NCBI GenBank assembly: GCA_965232515.1
Contig: CBDDPY010000002.1
Span: 896,001-960,000 of the forward strand
Reading direction: 5' to 3'
From: Alphaproteobacteria bacterium
GTDB lineage: Bacteria > Pseudomonadota > Alphaproteobacteria > GCA-2731375
Length of the DNA: 64,000 nucleotides
Part shown: positions 12,914 to 24,604 of the stretch, piece after piece
How positions within the stretch are numbered: the stretch's first letter is position 1
Layout: every line of letters starts with the position of its first letter
Position numbers and translations under genes: made by a program
Notes under the pieces: generated by a model
Database searches by the model: none
Told to the model about the DNA's origin: nothing
The model's input: the letters and a program-made list of their open reading frames with translations, nothing else

Positions 12914-12990
12914 TTATCAATCCGTTAACCATAATCTGCGATGTACCCCCGGCGGAATTCCAAGTGCTGCATACCTAACCCGATCTTAAC
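12914..12990 (+). promoter_or_regulatory. Two CtrA-like boxes upstream of motA
   Basis: TTAT-N7-TTAACCAT (12914-12932) and CTAA-N7-TTAAC (12975-12990), each one mismatch from TTAA-N7-TTAA, in an AT-rich spacer. Confidence 0.6.
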
Positions 12991-13049
12991 CCATTCACGA
13001 CAGCATTCGAGAGTCGGAAGCGGGGGCTTGCTGGGCGGAATTCTGTCTC

Positions 13050-13907
13050 ATGTTTTTTCTGATCGGGCTGGTTATCGTCATTGGCAGCGTGCTGGGCGGC
13101 TACATGCCGCACGGCGATATTCGCGTGCTGTGGCAGCCGTTCGAGGTGCTGATCATCTGCGGTGCGGCCCTGGGCGGCTTCGTGATCGCCAATCCCAAGG
13201 ACGTGATATTCGGCTCGGGCAAACATCTCGGGCGCCTGATGAAGGGCGCGCCGTTTGGCAAGTCGGATTACGTCGAACTGCTGACCATGCAGTATTCGCT
13301 GTTCAAGCTGGCGAAGAGCAAAGGCGCGCTCGCTCTTGAAACGCATATCGAAAATCCGGCCGAAAGCGCGCTCTTCAATGAATATCCCAGCTTCGCCAAG
13401 CAGAACGAAGCCGTCGAATTTCTCTGCGATACCCTTCGCCTCGTGACCATGGGTACGGAAAACGCCCATGAGCTGTCGGAGATGATGGAAGAGGATATCG
13501 AGGCGCGGAAGCATGAGGCGCATACCATTGCGCATGCGATCGGCACGGTCGGCGAGGGTTTGCCGGCCTTCGGTATTGTCGCCGCCGTGCTCGGCGTGAT
13601 CGTGACCATGGGCAGCATCTCCGAGCCGCCGGAGGTCCTGGGCGCGCTGATCGGCGGCGCGCTGGTCGGCACGTTCCTGGGTGTGCTTCTGTCCTATGGC
13701 GTCGTGGGACCGATCAGCTCGAGCCTCAATCACTACTGCGAAGCCGAGTTTCAGTACTACGAGTGCCTGAAGGCCGGCATCCTGGCGCATGTCTCCGGCT
13801 ATGCGCCCGCGGTCTCGATCGAATTCGCTCGCAAGATGCTGACGGCGCACGAACGGCCGACATTCGCCGAGCTGGAAGAGGCCGTCTCCAACGCGGCGCC
13901 GGTCTAA
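13050..13907 (+). CDS. motA: Flagellar motor stator protein MotA
   Basis: WQPFE, LPAFGIVAAVLG, IGGALVGTFLG, IEFARK. Confidence 0.95.
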   Translation: MFFLIGLVIVIGSVLGGYMPHGDIRVLWQPFEVLIICGAALGGFVIANPKDVIFGSGKHLGRLMKGAPFGKSDYVELLTMQYSLFKLAKSKGALALETHIENPAESALFNEYPSFAKQNEAVEFLCDTLRLVTMGTENAHELSEMMEEDIEARKHEAHTIAHAIGTVGEGLPAFGIVAAVLGVIVTMGSISEPPEVLGALIGGALVGTFLGVLLSYGVVGPISSSLNHYCEAEFQYYECLKAGILAHVSGYAPAVSIEFARKMLTAHERPTFAELEEAVSNAAPV

Positions 13908-13927
13908 CGACGACACGGCGCTGAACC

Positions 13928-14833
13928 ATGTCGGAAGGCCAAAACGAATCGACGATTATCGTCAAGAAGATCATCAAGGGCGGCGGCCATCACGGCGGCG
14001 CCTGGAAGGTCGCCTATGCCGACTTCGTGACCGCGATGATGGCCTTCTTTCTGCTGTTGTGGCTGTTGAACGTGACGACGGACGAGCAGAAGGCCGGCCT
14101 CGCCGACTATTTCGCCCCGACCGTCGCCAGCCAATCCACCAGCGGCTCCGGCGGCCTTCTTGGCGGCACGACCATGTCGCCGGACGGCGCCCGCATCTCG
14201 CGCACCGCCCCGCCGACCATCGTCGTCGAGCTGACGCCGCCGAAACAGCGGAACCCCGGTGACGGCGAAGCCGAATCCGGCACGGGCAGCGAAATCGACG
14301 AAGCCGAGCTGCTGAACCGCATTGCCGAGCGCGAGCGCCAGCAGTTCCGCGAAGCGGAGGAGATGCTGCGGCAGGCAATCCAGGAAGTGCCCGATCTGGC
14401 CGATCTGAAGAAAAACCTGATCGTCGACAACACGCCCGAGGGCATGCGCATCCAGATCGTCGACCAGCACAAGCAGTCCATGTTCTCTAGCGGCAGCGCC
14501 GACATGAACCCCACGACCGAGAAGCTGATGAAGACCATCGCCGACGTGGTGATGCGCCTGCCGAACCGCATCGCCATCTCCGGACACACGGATTCGACGC
14601 CGTTCCGGACCGCCAACGGCTATACCAACTGGGAACTGTCGTCCGATCGCGCAAACGCCAGCCGCCGGGCCCTGATCGACGCCGGCCTACCGCCCGACCG
14701 GATCGCCTCGGTCAGCGGCAAGGCCGATACCGAACCGTTGATCCCCGAAGATCCCAGCCTGCCGAGCAACCGGCGTATCAGCATCGTCATGCTGCGCGAG
14801 GCGCCCGTTCTGCCGCCCGACGCCGGCCGCTAA
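13928..14833 (+). CDS. motB: Flagellar motor stator protein MotB
   Basis: GAWKVAYADFVTAMMAFF (essential Asp), OmpA-like GHTD, NWELSSDRA, NRRI. Confidence 0.95.
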   Translation: MSEGQNESTIIVKKIIKGGGHHGGAWKVAYADFVTAMMAFFLLLWLLNVTTDEQKAGLADYFAPTVASQSTSGSGGLLGGTTMSPDGARISRTAPPTIVVELTPPKQRNPGDGEAESGTGSEIDEAELLNRIAERERQQFREAEEMLRQAIQEVPDLADLKKNLIVDNTPEGMRIQIVDQHKQSMFSSGSADMNPTTEKLMKTIADVVMRLPNRIAISGHTDSTPFRTANGYTNWELSSDRANASRRALIDAGLPPDRIASVSGKADTEPLIPEDPSLPSNRRISIVMLREAPVLPPDAGR

Positions 14834-14926
14834 AACCTTCCATCCGGACAGAAACGAAGAAAATCCGTTTGCGGCCCATCTCCACCGCCCCTAAATCTCC
14901 AGCATATTGAGACGGAGGAGGGGAGA

Positions 14927-15454
14927 TTGAATACGCAGCCCGCACCGGTCCTTCAGACAACCCGATATCACTGGCAGGGCGAGGCGCCGGATCCGGTCGC
15001 CATTCCGGCGCTGTTCGAGGGCACGCGCTGGCGTCGGGTCGTGGCCTACCTGATCGACGTCTTTATCGTCGTGTGTCTGGCCGGCCTGCTCTGGCTGGCC
15101 GGATCGGTTTTCATCGTGCTCACCCTCGGCGCACTGACGCCATTGGTCGTGATCTGCGCGGCTCTGCTGCCCATCGCCTATCACACCTTCTTTATCGGCG
15201 GACCGCGGAACGCCACGCTCGGCATGCAGATGATGGATCTGCGGGTCGTGGCCTGGAACGGCAACCGGCCGAGCTATCTGCAGGCGGCAATCCAGACGGC
15301 GCTGTTCTATCTGACGGTGCCGACCACGAACGGCCTGATCCTGCTGGTTTCGCTGTTCAACGATCGCGGCCGCTGCGTGCACGAGATGCTGTGCGGTACC
15401 TTGACCATCAACGACCTGGTGCTGCCCGAGATCGAGGGCCCGCGCGACCGCTAG
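14927..15454 (+). CDS. RDD family membrane protein
   Basis: RRVVAYLID and ATLGM motifs; TTG start after GGAGGAGG. Confidence 0.85.
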   Translation: MNTQPAPVLQTTRYHWQGEAPDPVAIPALFEGTRWRRVVAYLIDVFIVVCLAGLLWLAGSVFIVLTLGALTPLVVICAALLPIAYHTFFIGGPRNATLGMQMMDLRVVAWNGNRPSYLQAAIQTALFYLTVPTTNGLILLVSLFNDRGRCVHEMLCGTLTINDLVLPEIEGPRDR

Positions 15455-16734
15455 AGCAGATCGCGCAGCCGATACCAGCTCGTCGCCAACACCAGCAGCG
15501 GCCGACGGAGCAGCGCGCCGCCCGGAAACCGCTTGTGCGGAATGCGGGCGAACACGTCGAACCGCTCCGCGGTGCCCGCAACCAGTTCGGCCAGGATCTG
15601 GCCGGCGAGGCAGGTCAGCGTGACGCCCTGACCGGAAAATCCGTGCACGTAGAAGATCCTGTCGGAGAGCCGACCGAAGCGCGGCAGGCGGTTTCGGGTA
15701 ATCGCCACGTGACCGCCCCAGACATGGGCAAGGCTGACATCAGCGAGCTGCGGGAAGGTGGCCAGAATGCGCCGCTGCATGGCGGCGGCGAGGTCGCGCG
15801 GGTCGCGGCCGTGATAGGCGACCCGGCCACCGAACAACAGGCGCCGGTCCTCGGACAGCCGAAAATAGTCCAGCACAATGTTCGTGTCCGACACGCAGAG
15901 ATCGCCGGGCATCAACGCCCCGGCCCGCTCCGCACTCAGCGGTTCGGTTGCGGCGATATAGGTGCCGATCGGCATGATCTCGCCGCGCATGTTCGGCGGC
16001 ATCGGTTCGAGATAGGCATTGCCGCACAGCAGTAAGTGATCGGCCCGGACCGAACCGTCGTCGGTTTGGACCGTGACGGTCTCTCCATCCGTGAAGCACC
16101 GTGCCGCTGTCTGCTCGTAAATCTGCACGCCGGCGTCGGCGGCGGCCCGGGCGAGGCCGAGACAGAGCTTCAAGGGGTTCAGGTGCCCGCTGCCGAGGTC
16201 GCGCAGCCCGCCGACGAAACGCGGGCTGTCGACCAGTTGTCGGACCCCGTCGACATCGACCAGATCGGCCTTGTCGTAGCCCCAGCGCCCGGCGACCAGG
16301 TCCAGCTCCTCGGCTAGCTCGGGCATGTGGCGGGGCTTGGTCGCCGCCAGCAGATAGCCGTCGCGGCGGCCGCAATCGATGCAATGGCGGTCGATCAACG
16401 CCTGCTGCAGACGCATGGCCTTCAGGCTGAAATCCCATAGGCGCCGTGCATCCGCTTCACCCACCAGCTCCAGGACCCGAACCATGCCCGGCGAATAGCC
16501 CAGCAGGGCCTGGCCGCCGTTACGCCCCGATCCGCCCCAGCCAATCCGGTTCGCCTCCAACAGCGCCACCTGATAGCCGCGCTCGGCCAGGTGCAGCGCC
16601 GCCGACAGGCCGGTGAACCCGCCGCCAACGACGCAGACATCGACCCTCCGGTCGCCCGCCAGCGCCGCGAACTGCGGCTGCGGCGACGTGGAAACAGCGT
16701 AGAAGGAGTCGACGTGCTCGGCCCGAGCCGTCAA
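15451..16734 (-). CDS. FAD-dependent amine oxidoreductase (PuuB/OrdL-like, DAO family)
   Basis: GGGFTGLSAA, GSGRNGGQ, HLNPLKL, DYFRLSED, GFSGQG. Confidence 0.88.
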   Translation of the reverse strand: MTARAEHVDSFYAVSTSPQPQFAALAGDRRVDVCVVGGGFTGLSAALHLAERGYQVALLEANRIGWGGSGRNGGQALLGYSPGMVRVLELVGEADARRLWDFSLKAMRLQQALIDRHCIDCGRRDGYLLAATKPRHMPELAEELDLVAGRWGYDKADLVDVDGVRQLVDSPRFVGGLRDLGSGHLNPLKLCLGLARAAADAGVQIYEQTAARCFTDGETVTVQTDDGSVRADHLLLCGNAYLEPMPPNMRGEIMPIGTYIAATEPLSAERAGALMPGDLCVSDTNIVLDYFRLSEDRRLLFGGRVAYHGRDPRDLAAAMQRRILATFPQLADVSLAHVWGGHVAITRNRLPRFGRLSDRIFYVHGFSGQGVTLTCLAGQILAELVAGTAERFDVFARIPHKRFPGGALLRRPLLVLATSWYRLRDLL

Positions 16735-19124
16735 TTGGGCCTCAGGATCAGCGTGCCCATGGCGCCGGGCTCGAAATCGCTGCGACGCGTCGTCATTGGC
16801 AGATATTCGCCGTTGCTCCAGGGCTCGGCGAAGTTCCGGTAGAGCGGCGACAGGATATTGCCGGACTGACCGGTGGAATGCATGAACAGCGAGCGGTCCG
16901 GATCGTCAAGGTCGTAGATCGCTCGCAAGCTGGCCGCGTGCACGTTGGCGAAGGGCGCGGCGGCGTCGTTCAGCCGATGCTGGCCGACATTGACCGTATA
17001 GGTGCCGCCCGGCGTCGGCACCTTGATATCGAACAGCCGTGCCAGATAGCTCACTTGCGAAAACGGCCGGTGCTTGCCATGCGCGTAGTGCGCATCGCCC
17101 CAGCGCCATTTTTCGGGATCGTCGCCGTAATGCTCGGCGATCCAATCCATTGCCAGCTCCAGCGCGCGGACGATCTGTTCGTCACAGGTTTCACGACTGT
17201 CGGTCGGCACTTCGTTGCACCAGATGTCCTGGCCGTTCTCCAGTACGTTGCGTACGAAACGGACCCGCTTGCGCCAGGCGCCTTGGAACAGATCGCCCAG
17301 CTCGTCGGCATAGATCAGGCGGGTCAGTTCGCGGTACCAGGCGCTGAAGATCAACGGCTCGGCGGCGTCGCGCCGCATGACCCCGTCCCAGGCCGAGAGC
17401 CGCGCATGCGCCCGGCGCGCCGTCTCCGTTCGCGGCGCCGGGCGTAGCAGCCGCGGCAACAGTTCCTGCGCCATCAGTGATGTCACGTCGGCCTGCAGTG
17501 CCTTGAAGCTCTCGATCGAATGCCGGTCGCGGGCGACCAGCAACTGCCGAATCCGTCGCACGCGGTAGTCGTCGGCCCACTCGTAGGTCAGGTGATAGGG
17601 ATAGTCATCGCGCACGATCTTGTGGTTCGCCGTGGCGATCATGCCGTCGCGCGGATTGAACCGGCGAGGCAGGTCGTCGAACGGAATGAAGCCGGTCCAG
17701 TCGTAGGTCGCATCCCAGCCGGGCTGCGGCATCATGCCCTTAATGCGGTTCGTCCGTTTGCGGACCGGTACCCGGGCCGGCGCGGCGAAACCGATATTGC
17801 CGTCGATGTCGGCATAGACGATGTTCTGCTGCGGCCCGTGGAAATCGGTCAGCGCATCTTTGAACTCGGCCCAGTTCTGCGCCAGCGCCAGCTTGAGGCC
17901 GCCCTGCGCGGTCATGTCGTCGTCCCGCAAAGCCGTCCAGGCCAGCGACAGCACATGGTCCTCGGGCACGGCAGACGCGGCACGGCGCGACGCGTCGGAG
18001 ATCACCGGGCCGTGCCGCGTCTCGCGCACGTCGATGACGATATCCTCGCCATCCTTGACCTTGATGATTTCCTGCCGCGTCTCGAACGCCCGCGAACCGC
18101 CGGGCGCCATGTATTTGTTCGGGTCGTCCGGGTCGAGCCGTTCGACATAGAGGTCCTGCACGTCGGGATTCGTGTTCGTGAAGCCCCAGGCGATCTTGCG
18201 GTTGCGGCCGAGCACCACCGAGGGCAGGCCCGGGAAAGTGGCGCCGATCAGATCGTTGTCGGGCCAGCTCAAATGCGCGAAATACCAGACCGACGGTACG
18301 GTCAGGCCGAGATGCGGATCGTTCGCCAGCAGTGGCTTGCCGGTGGCCGTGCGGCTGCCGCCGACAACCCAGTTGTTGGAGCCGGCGCCTTCGCCCAGCG
18401 GATGCACGGAATCGTCCCACAACGCGGCCAGGATCGAGTCCGAGATCAGGCCGCCGGAAGCGCGGGCGGCGGCGACGCCCCGCAGGCCCTCGCGGCCATA
18501 GGGCGCGAAGAACTGACTCAGCTGCGTGTCGCTCAACCGGTCCGCCAGGCGATAGCGCAACAGCTCCGATGTCCAGTTGGCGGCGAGATCGAGCGCCATA
18601 ACCTTGGTCCAGGTCAGGCTGTCGGCGACGGTCCAGGGCTCGGGCTCTATGCCGACCAGCAGAAACTCGAGCGGCAGCGGCCCGCTGCGCTGTTCCAGGA
18701 AGGCATTCACGCCCGCCGTATAGGCGTCGAACATCGCTCGAGTCTCGGGCTCGAATTTATCGAACGCGGCGATGGCGTGGCGGCGCAATCCCAGAGTGCG
18801 TAGGAATACATCATGGCCCACGGTCGCGGCGCCGAGCGCCTCCGACAGCCGTCCGGCGCCGATGCGCCGGTTCATCTCCATCTGCCAGAGCCGGTCCTGG
18901 GCGTGCACGAAGCCGAGGCCGAAGGCGGCATCGTCCCTGGTCTCGGCGAAGATATGCGGCACGCCATGACGATCGCGGACGATTTCGATCGGCCGTTCGA
19001 GGTTCGCCAGCTCGATCTCGCCGTCGACATCGGGCAGCGATCCGCGCAGCCAGAAATAGCCACCGGCGACGAGCAACACGATGGCCGCGACCACGCCAAT
19101 CAGTCCGCGCAGGACCCACTTCAT
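16731..19124 (-). CDS. Penicillin acylase family Ntn-hydrolase with N-terminal anchor
   Basis: RDRHGVPHI, AQDRLWQM, autoprocessing site GAG|SNNWVV, LLANDPHL, TGQSG. Confidence 0.93.
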   Translation of the reverse strand: MKWVLRGLIGVVAAIVLLVAGGYFWLRGSLPDVDGEIELANLERPIEIVRDRHGVPHIFAETRDDAAFGLGFVHAQDRLWQMEMNRRIGAGRLSEALGAATVGHDVFLRTLGLRRHAIAAFDKFEPETRAMFDAYTAGVNAFLEQRSGPLPLEFLLVGIEPEPWTVADSLTWTKVMALDLAANWTSELLRYRLADRLSDTQLSQFFAPYGREGLRGVAAARASGGLISDSILAALWDDSVHPLGEGAGSNNWVVGGSRTATGKPLLANDPHLGLTVPSVWYFAHLSWPDNDLIGATFPGLPSVVLGRNRKIAWGFTNTNPDVQDLYVERLDPDDPNKYMAPGGSRAFETRQEIIKVKDGEDIVIDVRETRHGPVISDASRRAASAVPEDHVLSLAWTALRDDDMTAQGGLKLALAQNWAEFKDALTDFHGPQQNIVYADIDGNIGFAAPARVPVRKRTNRIKGMMPQPGWDATYDWTGFIPFDDLPRRFNPRDGMIATANHKIVRDDYPYHLTYEWADDYRVRRIRQLLVARDRHSIESFKALQADVTSLMAQELLPRLLRPAPRTETARRAHARLSAWDGVMRRDAAEPLIFSAWYRELTRLIYADELGDLFQGAWRKRVRFVRNVLENGQDIWCNEVPTDSRETCDEQIVRALELAMDWIAEHYGDDPEKWRWGDAHYAHGKHRPFSQVSYLARLFDIKVPTPGGTYTVNVGQHRLNDAAAPFANVHAASLRAIYDLDDPDRSLFMHSTGQSGNILSPLYRNFAEPWSNGEYLPMTTRRSDFEPGAMGTLILRPN

Positions 19125-19282
19125 TTGCGTTCAATCCCCACTCGAACCGCGCTAACAGACGCGATTCGACCGGTGATGGCAAGGACGGGTTTCGGCTCCG
19201 GGCGTTCCGGTGTAGAACACCTGCACGATCCAGTCGGGCGCCGGCAGCCGCGCCCGTTCCGCAAAATAACGGGAGAGGCATC

Positions 19283-20167
19283 ATGGGTGAGAAGGTCGCG
19301 TTTATCGGGCTCGGCGTGATGGGTTATCCGATGGCCGGCCACCTGGCCGCCAAGGGTCACGACGTCGCGGTCTACAACCGGACCCAAGCCAAGGCCGAGA
19401 AATGGGCCGGCGAGCATGGCGGCCGGGCCGCCGCCACGCCGCGCGAAGCGGCCGAAGGCGCTTCGGTCGTCTTCTCCTGCGTCGGCGCCGACAACGACCT
19501 GCGCGAGGTGGTCTACGGCGACGACGGTATTTTTGCCGGCATGGCCGTTGGCGCCATCTACTGCGACCATACGACGGCGTCAGCCGATGTCGCCCGTGAA
19601 CTCTACGGCGCCGCCAAGGAACGCGGCCTCGGCTGTCTCGACGCGCCGGTCTCGGGCGGTCAGGCGGGCGCCGAGAACGGCGTACTGACGGTCATGGTCG
19701 GCGGCGATCAGGCCGACTACGACAAGGCGGAGCCCGCAATCCAGTGCTTTGCCCGACAGGTCAAGCTACTCGGGCCGGCCGGCGCCGGCCAGCTCACCAA
19801 GATGGTCAACCAGATCTGCATCGCCGGCATTGTCCAGGGCTTTTCGGAAGCCCTGAACTTCGCGGTGCAGGCCGGTCTCAACGGCGAGGAAGTTGTCGAG
19901 GTGATCTCCAAGGGCGCCGCTCAGTCCTGGCAGATGGAAAACCGCTACAAGACCATGCTGGCCGACGAGTACGAGCATGGCTTCGCCGTGCAATGGATGC
20001 GCAAGGACCTCGGCATCTGCATGGCGCAGGCGAAGAAGATGGGAACCTCGCTGCCGCTGACGGCGCTGGTCGACCAGTTCTATGCCGAGGTCGAGGCCAT
20101 GGGCGGCACGCGCTGGGACACCTCGTCCCTGATGGCCCGCATGGTCAAGGCCAACCCGCCGAAATAG
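19283..20167 (+). CDS. NAD(P)-dependent beta-hydroxyacid dehydrogenase
   Basis: FIGLGVMGYPMA, DAPVSGGQAGA, GQLTKMVNQ, KDL. Confidence 0.9.
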   Translation: MGEKVAFIGLGVMGYPMAGHLAAKGHDVAVYNRTQAKAEKWAGEHGGRAAATPREAAEGASVVFSCVGADNDLREVVYGDDGIFAGMAVGAIYCDHTTASADVARELYGAAKERGLGCLDAPVSGGQAGAENGVLTVMVGGDQADYDKAEPAIQCFARQVKLLGPAGAGQLTKMVNQICIAGIVQGFSEALNFAVQAGLNGEEVVEVISKGAAQSWQMENRYKTMLADEYEHGFAVQWMRKDLGICMAQAKKMGTSLPLTALVDQFYAEVEAMGGTRWDTSSLMARMVKANPPK

Positions 20168-20171
20168 CCGG

Positions 20172-21284
<1,113 letters not shown>

Positions 21285-21416
21285 TCATACTATGACCGCG
21301 TTAACGGCCTGACAACGCGGCGTGATGGCGCGGCGCGCGGGCGCGTCGATTGACAGCCGCCGGGGCGTCGCTTATCGCTTGGACCGCAACGCGTTTGAGC
21401 CGACAGGGCCGACTTC

Positions 21417-22556
21417 ATGGATTTCGAACTGAGCGAAGAGCAGCGCGCCTTCCAGGACATGGCGCGGCAATTCGCAAGCGAGCAGATGGCGCCGCACGCC
21501 GAGGAATGGGACGCCAAGTCGATCTTCCCGGTCGACGCCCTGCGCGCGGCCGCCGCCCTCGGCTTCGGCGGCATCTATGTGCGCGACGACGTCGGCGGCT
21601 CCGGTCTCGGACGGCTCGACGCCACCATCATCTTCGAAGAGCTGTCGGCCGGCTGCACTTCCACCGCGGCCTATATCTCGATCCATAACATGGCCGCCTG
21701 GATGATCGACCGCTATGGCAACGACGACCAGCGCCAGAAGTGGCTGCCGGATCTTTGCAGCATGGCGCACTTCGCCAGCTATTGCCTTACGGAGCCGAAT
21801 TCGGGCTCGGACGCGGCCAGCCTGCGCACCAAGGCCGTGCGCGACGGCGACGACTATGTGCTGAATGGCAGCAAGGCCTTCATTTCCGGCGGCTCCACGT
21901 CCGACATCTACGTCTGCATGGTGCGCACCGGCGACGACGGCCCGGGCGGCATCAGCTGCCTCGTCGTCGAGAAGGACACGCCGGGCCTGTCGTTCGGCGC
22001 GCTGGAAAAGAAGATGGGCTGGCACTCGCAGCCGACGGCAATGGTGATCTTCGAGGACTGCCGGGTGCCGGTCGCCAACCGCATCGGCGAAGAGGGCGAC
22101 GGCTTCAAGATCGCCATGCAGGGTCTCGACGGCGGCCGGCTCAATATCGCCGCCTGCTCGCTGGGCGCCGCCCAGGCGAGCCTCGACGAGTCTCGCGAAT
22201 ACATGTCCAACCGTCAGCAGTTCGGCCGCGAGCTGAGCCAGTTCCAGGCCCTGCAGTTCCGCATCGCCGACATGGCGACCGAGCTCGAGGCCGCGCGCCT
22301 GATGCTGCGCCGGGCCGCCGCCAAGGTCGATGCCAAGGCGACGGACGCCACGCTGCACGCCGCCATGGCCAAGCGTTTCGCCACCGACGTCGGCTTCAAC
22401 GTGGTTAACGAGGCGTTACAGCTCCACGGCGGCTACGGCTATCTCAGCGACTACGGCATCGAGCGCCGGCTGCGCGACGTCCGCGTGCACCAGATCCTGG
22501 AAGGCACCAACGAGATCATGCGGGTGATCATCGCCCGCCAGATGCTGTCGTCATGA
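21417..22556 (+). CDS. Isobutyryl-CoA dehydrogenase-like acyl-CoA dehydrogenase
   Basis: [41 protein letters not shown]; valine catabolism operon context. Confidence 0.9.
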   Translation: MDFELSEEQRAFQDMARQFASEQMAPHAEEWDAKSIFPVDALRAAAALGFGGIYVRDDVGGSGLGRLDATIIFEELSAGCTSTAAYISIHNMAAWMIDRYGNDDQRQKWLPDLCSMAHFASYCLTEPNSGSDAASLRTKAVRDGDDYVLNGSKAFISGGSTSDIYVCMVRTGDDGPGGISCLVVEKDTPGLSFGALEKKMGWHSQPTAMVIFEDCRVPVANRIGEEGDGFKIAMQGLDGGRLNIAACSLGAAQASLDESREYMSNRQQFGRELSQFQALQFRIADMATELEAARLMLRRAAAKVDAKATDATLHAAMAKRFATDVGFNVVNEALQLHGGYGYLSDYGIERRLRDVRVHQILEGTNEIMRVIIARQMLSS

Positions 22557-23602
22557 GCGGCGACGACGACATCCTGTTCGAGCGCCGCGGCCGGATCGCG
22601 CTCGTCACGCTGAACCGACCGAAGGCGTTGAACGCGCTGACGCTGGAGATGTGCCGGGCGCTGGAGGCCGAGCTGAAGGCCTACGCCGACGATCCCGCCG
22701 TCGCCGCGGTGGTGGTGCAGGGCGCCGGCGACCGGGCCTTCTGCGCCGGCGGCGATATTCGCCGGCTCTACGACGAGGGCAAGGCCGGCGGCGGCTATCC
22801 CTTCGACTTCTACCGCGACGAATACCGGCTGAACGCGCTGATCTTCCACTTCCCGAAGCCTTACGTCGCGCTGATGGACGGCATCGTCATGGGCGGCGGC
22901 GTCGGGGTATCCGTGCACGGCTCGCACCGCATGGTGACCGAGCGGGTGATGTTCGCCATGCCCGAGACCGGCATTGGGCTGTTTCCGGACGTCGGCGGCA
23001 GCTACTTCCTGCCCCGCTGCCCCGGCCGTCTCGGACTCTACATGGCCATGACTGGCGCCCGACTGAAGGCGGCTGATGCTGTGCATGCCCGCCTCGGCGA
23101 TGCCTATGTGCCGAGTGACAAGCTTGACGCCCTGATCGATGCCCTGGCCGAGGTCAACCAAGACGATGTCGGACAGGTGCTGGACGGCTTCCGCGAGGAT
23201 CCCGGTCCGGCGCCGATTGGCGAGCGGCAAGCCGACATTGATCGGTTTTTCGCGGCCGACGATGTCGAGGCCATCCTCTCGGCGCTTGACGCAGACGCCG
23301 GCGACTGGGCGGCCGAGGCGGCGGCGACCATTCGGCAGAAATCGCCGACCAGCCTGAGAATTGCCGCCGAGCAGCTCCGTCGCGGCGCTGCGCTCGAGTT
23401 CGACGACTGCATGCGCATGGAGTACCGCATGGCCTGCGGCTGCATCGCCGGTCATGACTTCTACGAGGGCGTTCGCGCCGTGGTCGTCGACAAGGACCAG
23501 GCCCCGAAATGGCGCCCCGACACCCTGGACGGGGTGACCGACGACGACATCCGGGCCTATTTCGAGACACCCGGCCAGGGCGGCGATTTGAGCTTCGAAT
23601 AG
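22553..23602 (+). CDS. 3-hydroxyisobutyryl-CoA hydrolase (crotonase fold)
   Basis: [38 protein letters not shown]. Confidence 0.9.
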   Translation: MSGDDDILFERRGRIALVTLNRPKALNALTLEMCRALEAELKAYADDPAVAAVVVQGAGDRAFCAGGDIRRLYDEGKAGGGYPFDFYRDEYRLNALIFHFPKPYVALMDGIVMGGGVGVSVHGSHRMVTERVMFAMPETGIGLFPDVGGSYFLPRCPGRLGLYMAMTGARLKAADAVHARLGDAYVPSDKLDALIDALAEVNQDDVGQVLDGFREDPGPAPIGERQADIDRFFAADDVEAILSALDADAGDWAAEAAATIRQKSPTSLRIAAEQLRRGAALEFDDCMRMEYRMACGCIAGHDFYEGVRAVVVDKDQAPKWRPDTLDGVTDDDIRAYFETPGQGGDLSFE

Positions 23603-23659
23603 CGGCCGGACGCTGACCCGCGCCGGCCCGTTTCATCGGTATTCATCGGGAGGAACGAC

Positions 23660-24550
23660 ATGACCAAGATCGGATTCATCGGCGTCGGCAACATGGGCGG
23701 TCCCATGGCCAAGAACCTCGTCAATGCCGGCCATGAGGTGAAGGCCTTCGACCTGTCGCAGGCAGCGCTCGATGCCGCCGTCACGGCCGGCGCGGCCGCG
23801 GCCACGTCGATCGCCGATGCCGCGAGCGGGGTCGAGGTCGTGATCAGCATGCTGCCTGCCGGCCAGCATGTCCGCAGCGTCTATCTGGACGAGGGCGGCA
23901 TCGTCGGGGCGGCGGCCGCCGGCACGCTGTTCATCGATTCCTCGACCATCGACGTCGACAATGCCCGCGCCGTTGCCAAGGCCGCCGGCGAGGCCGGATT
24001 CGAGATGATCGACGCGCCCGTCTCGGGCGGTGTCGGCGGCGCCGAGGCCGGCACGCTCACCTTCATGTGCGGCGGCTCGGAGGATGCGTTCGCCACGGCC
24101 AAGCCGCTGCTGGACGTGATGGGCAAGACCATCGTGCTGGCCGGCCCGTCCGGCAACGGCCAGGTCGCGAAGATCTGCAACAACATGATCCTCGGCGCCT
24201 CGATGATCGCCGTCGCGGAAGCCTTCGTCATGGCCGAGAAGCTCGGCCTCGACCATCAGAAGCTGTTCGACATCAGCTCCACCGCCTCGGGCCAGTGCTG
24301 GGCCATGACCAGCTATTGCCCGGTGCCGGGTCCGGTGCCCGCGTCACCCGCGAACCGGGATTACCAAGCCGGCTTCACGGCCGCGATGATGGCGAAAGAC
24401 CTGCGCCTGGCCCAGGAGGCGGCCCAGAGTGTGCGCGCCGCCACGCCGCTGGGCGCGGCCGCCGCCGCCGTCTACTCGCTTTACGAGAATGCGGGCAACG
24501 GCGATGTCGACTTCAGTGGCGTCATCCGCATGATCCGCGGCGAGAAATGA
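23660..24550 (+). CDS. mmsB: 3-hydroxyisobutyrate dehydrogenase
   Basis: GVGNMGGPMA, DAPVSGG, KICNNM, YCPVPGPVP.SPANRDY. Confidence 0.93.
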   Translation: MTKIGFIGVGNMGGPMAKNLVNAGHEVKAFDLSQAALDAAVTAGAAAATSIADAASGVEVVISMLPAGQHVRSVYLDEGGIVGAAAAGTLFIDSSTIDVDNARAVAKAAGEAGFEMIDAPVSGGVGGAEAGTLTFMCGGSEDAFATAKPLLDVMGKTIVLAGPSGNGQVAKICNNMILGASMIAVAEAFVMAEKLGLDHQKLFDISSTASGQCWAMTSYCPVPGPVPASPANRDYQAGFTAAMMAKDLRLAQEAAQSVRAATPLGAAAAAVYSLYENAGNGDVDFSGVIRMIRGEK

Positions 24551-24604
24551 AGGGTTCTTTAACTACCTGATTGCATACTGGCCGGCCTGAGAGGGAGCTA
24601 GAGA

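Noticed and set aside
13050-14833. motAB as a Zorya (ZorAB) or ExbBD/TolQR-type system
   Set aside because: MotA has normal length with no long ZorA tail, MotB has the flagellar WKVAYADF motif, and there are no zorC/D/E or tonB neighbours
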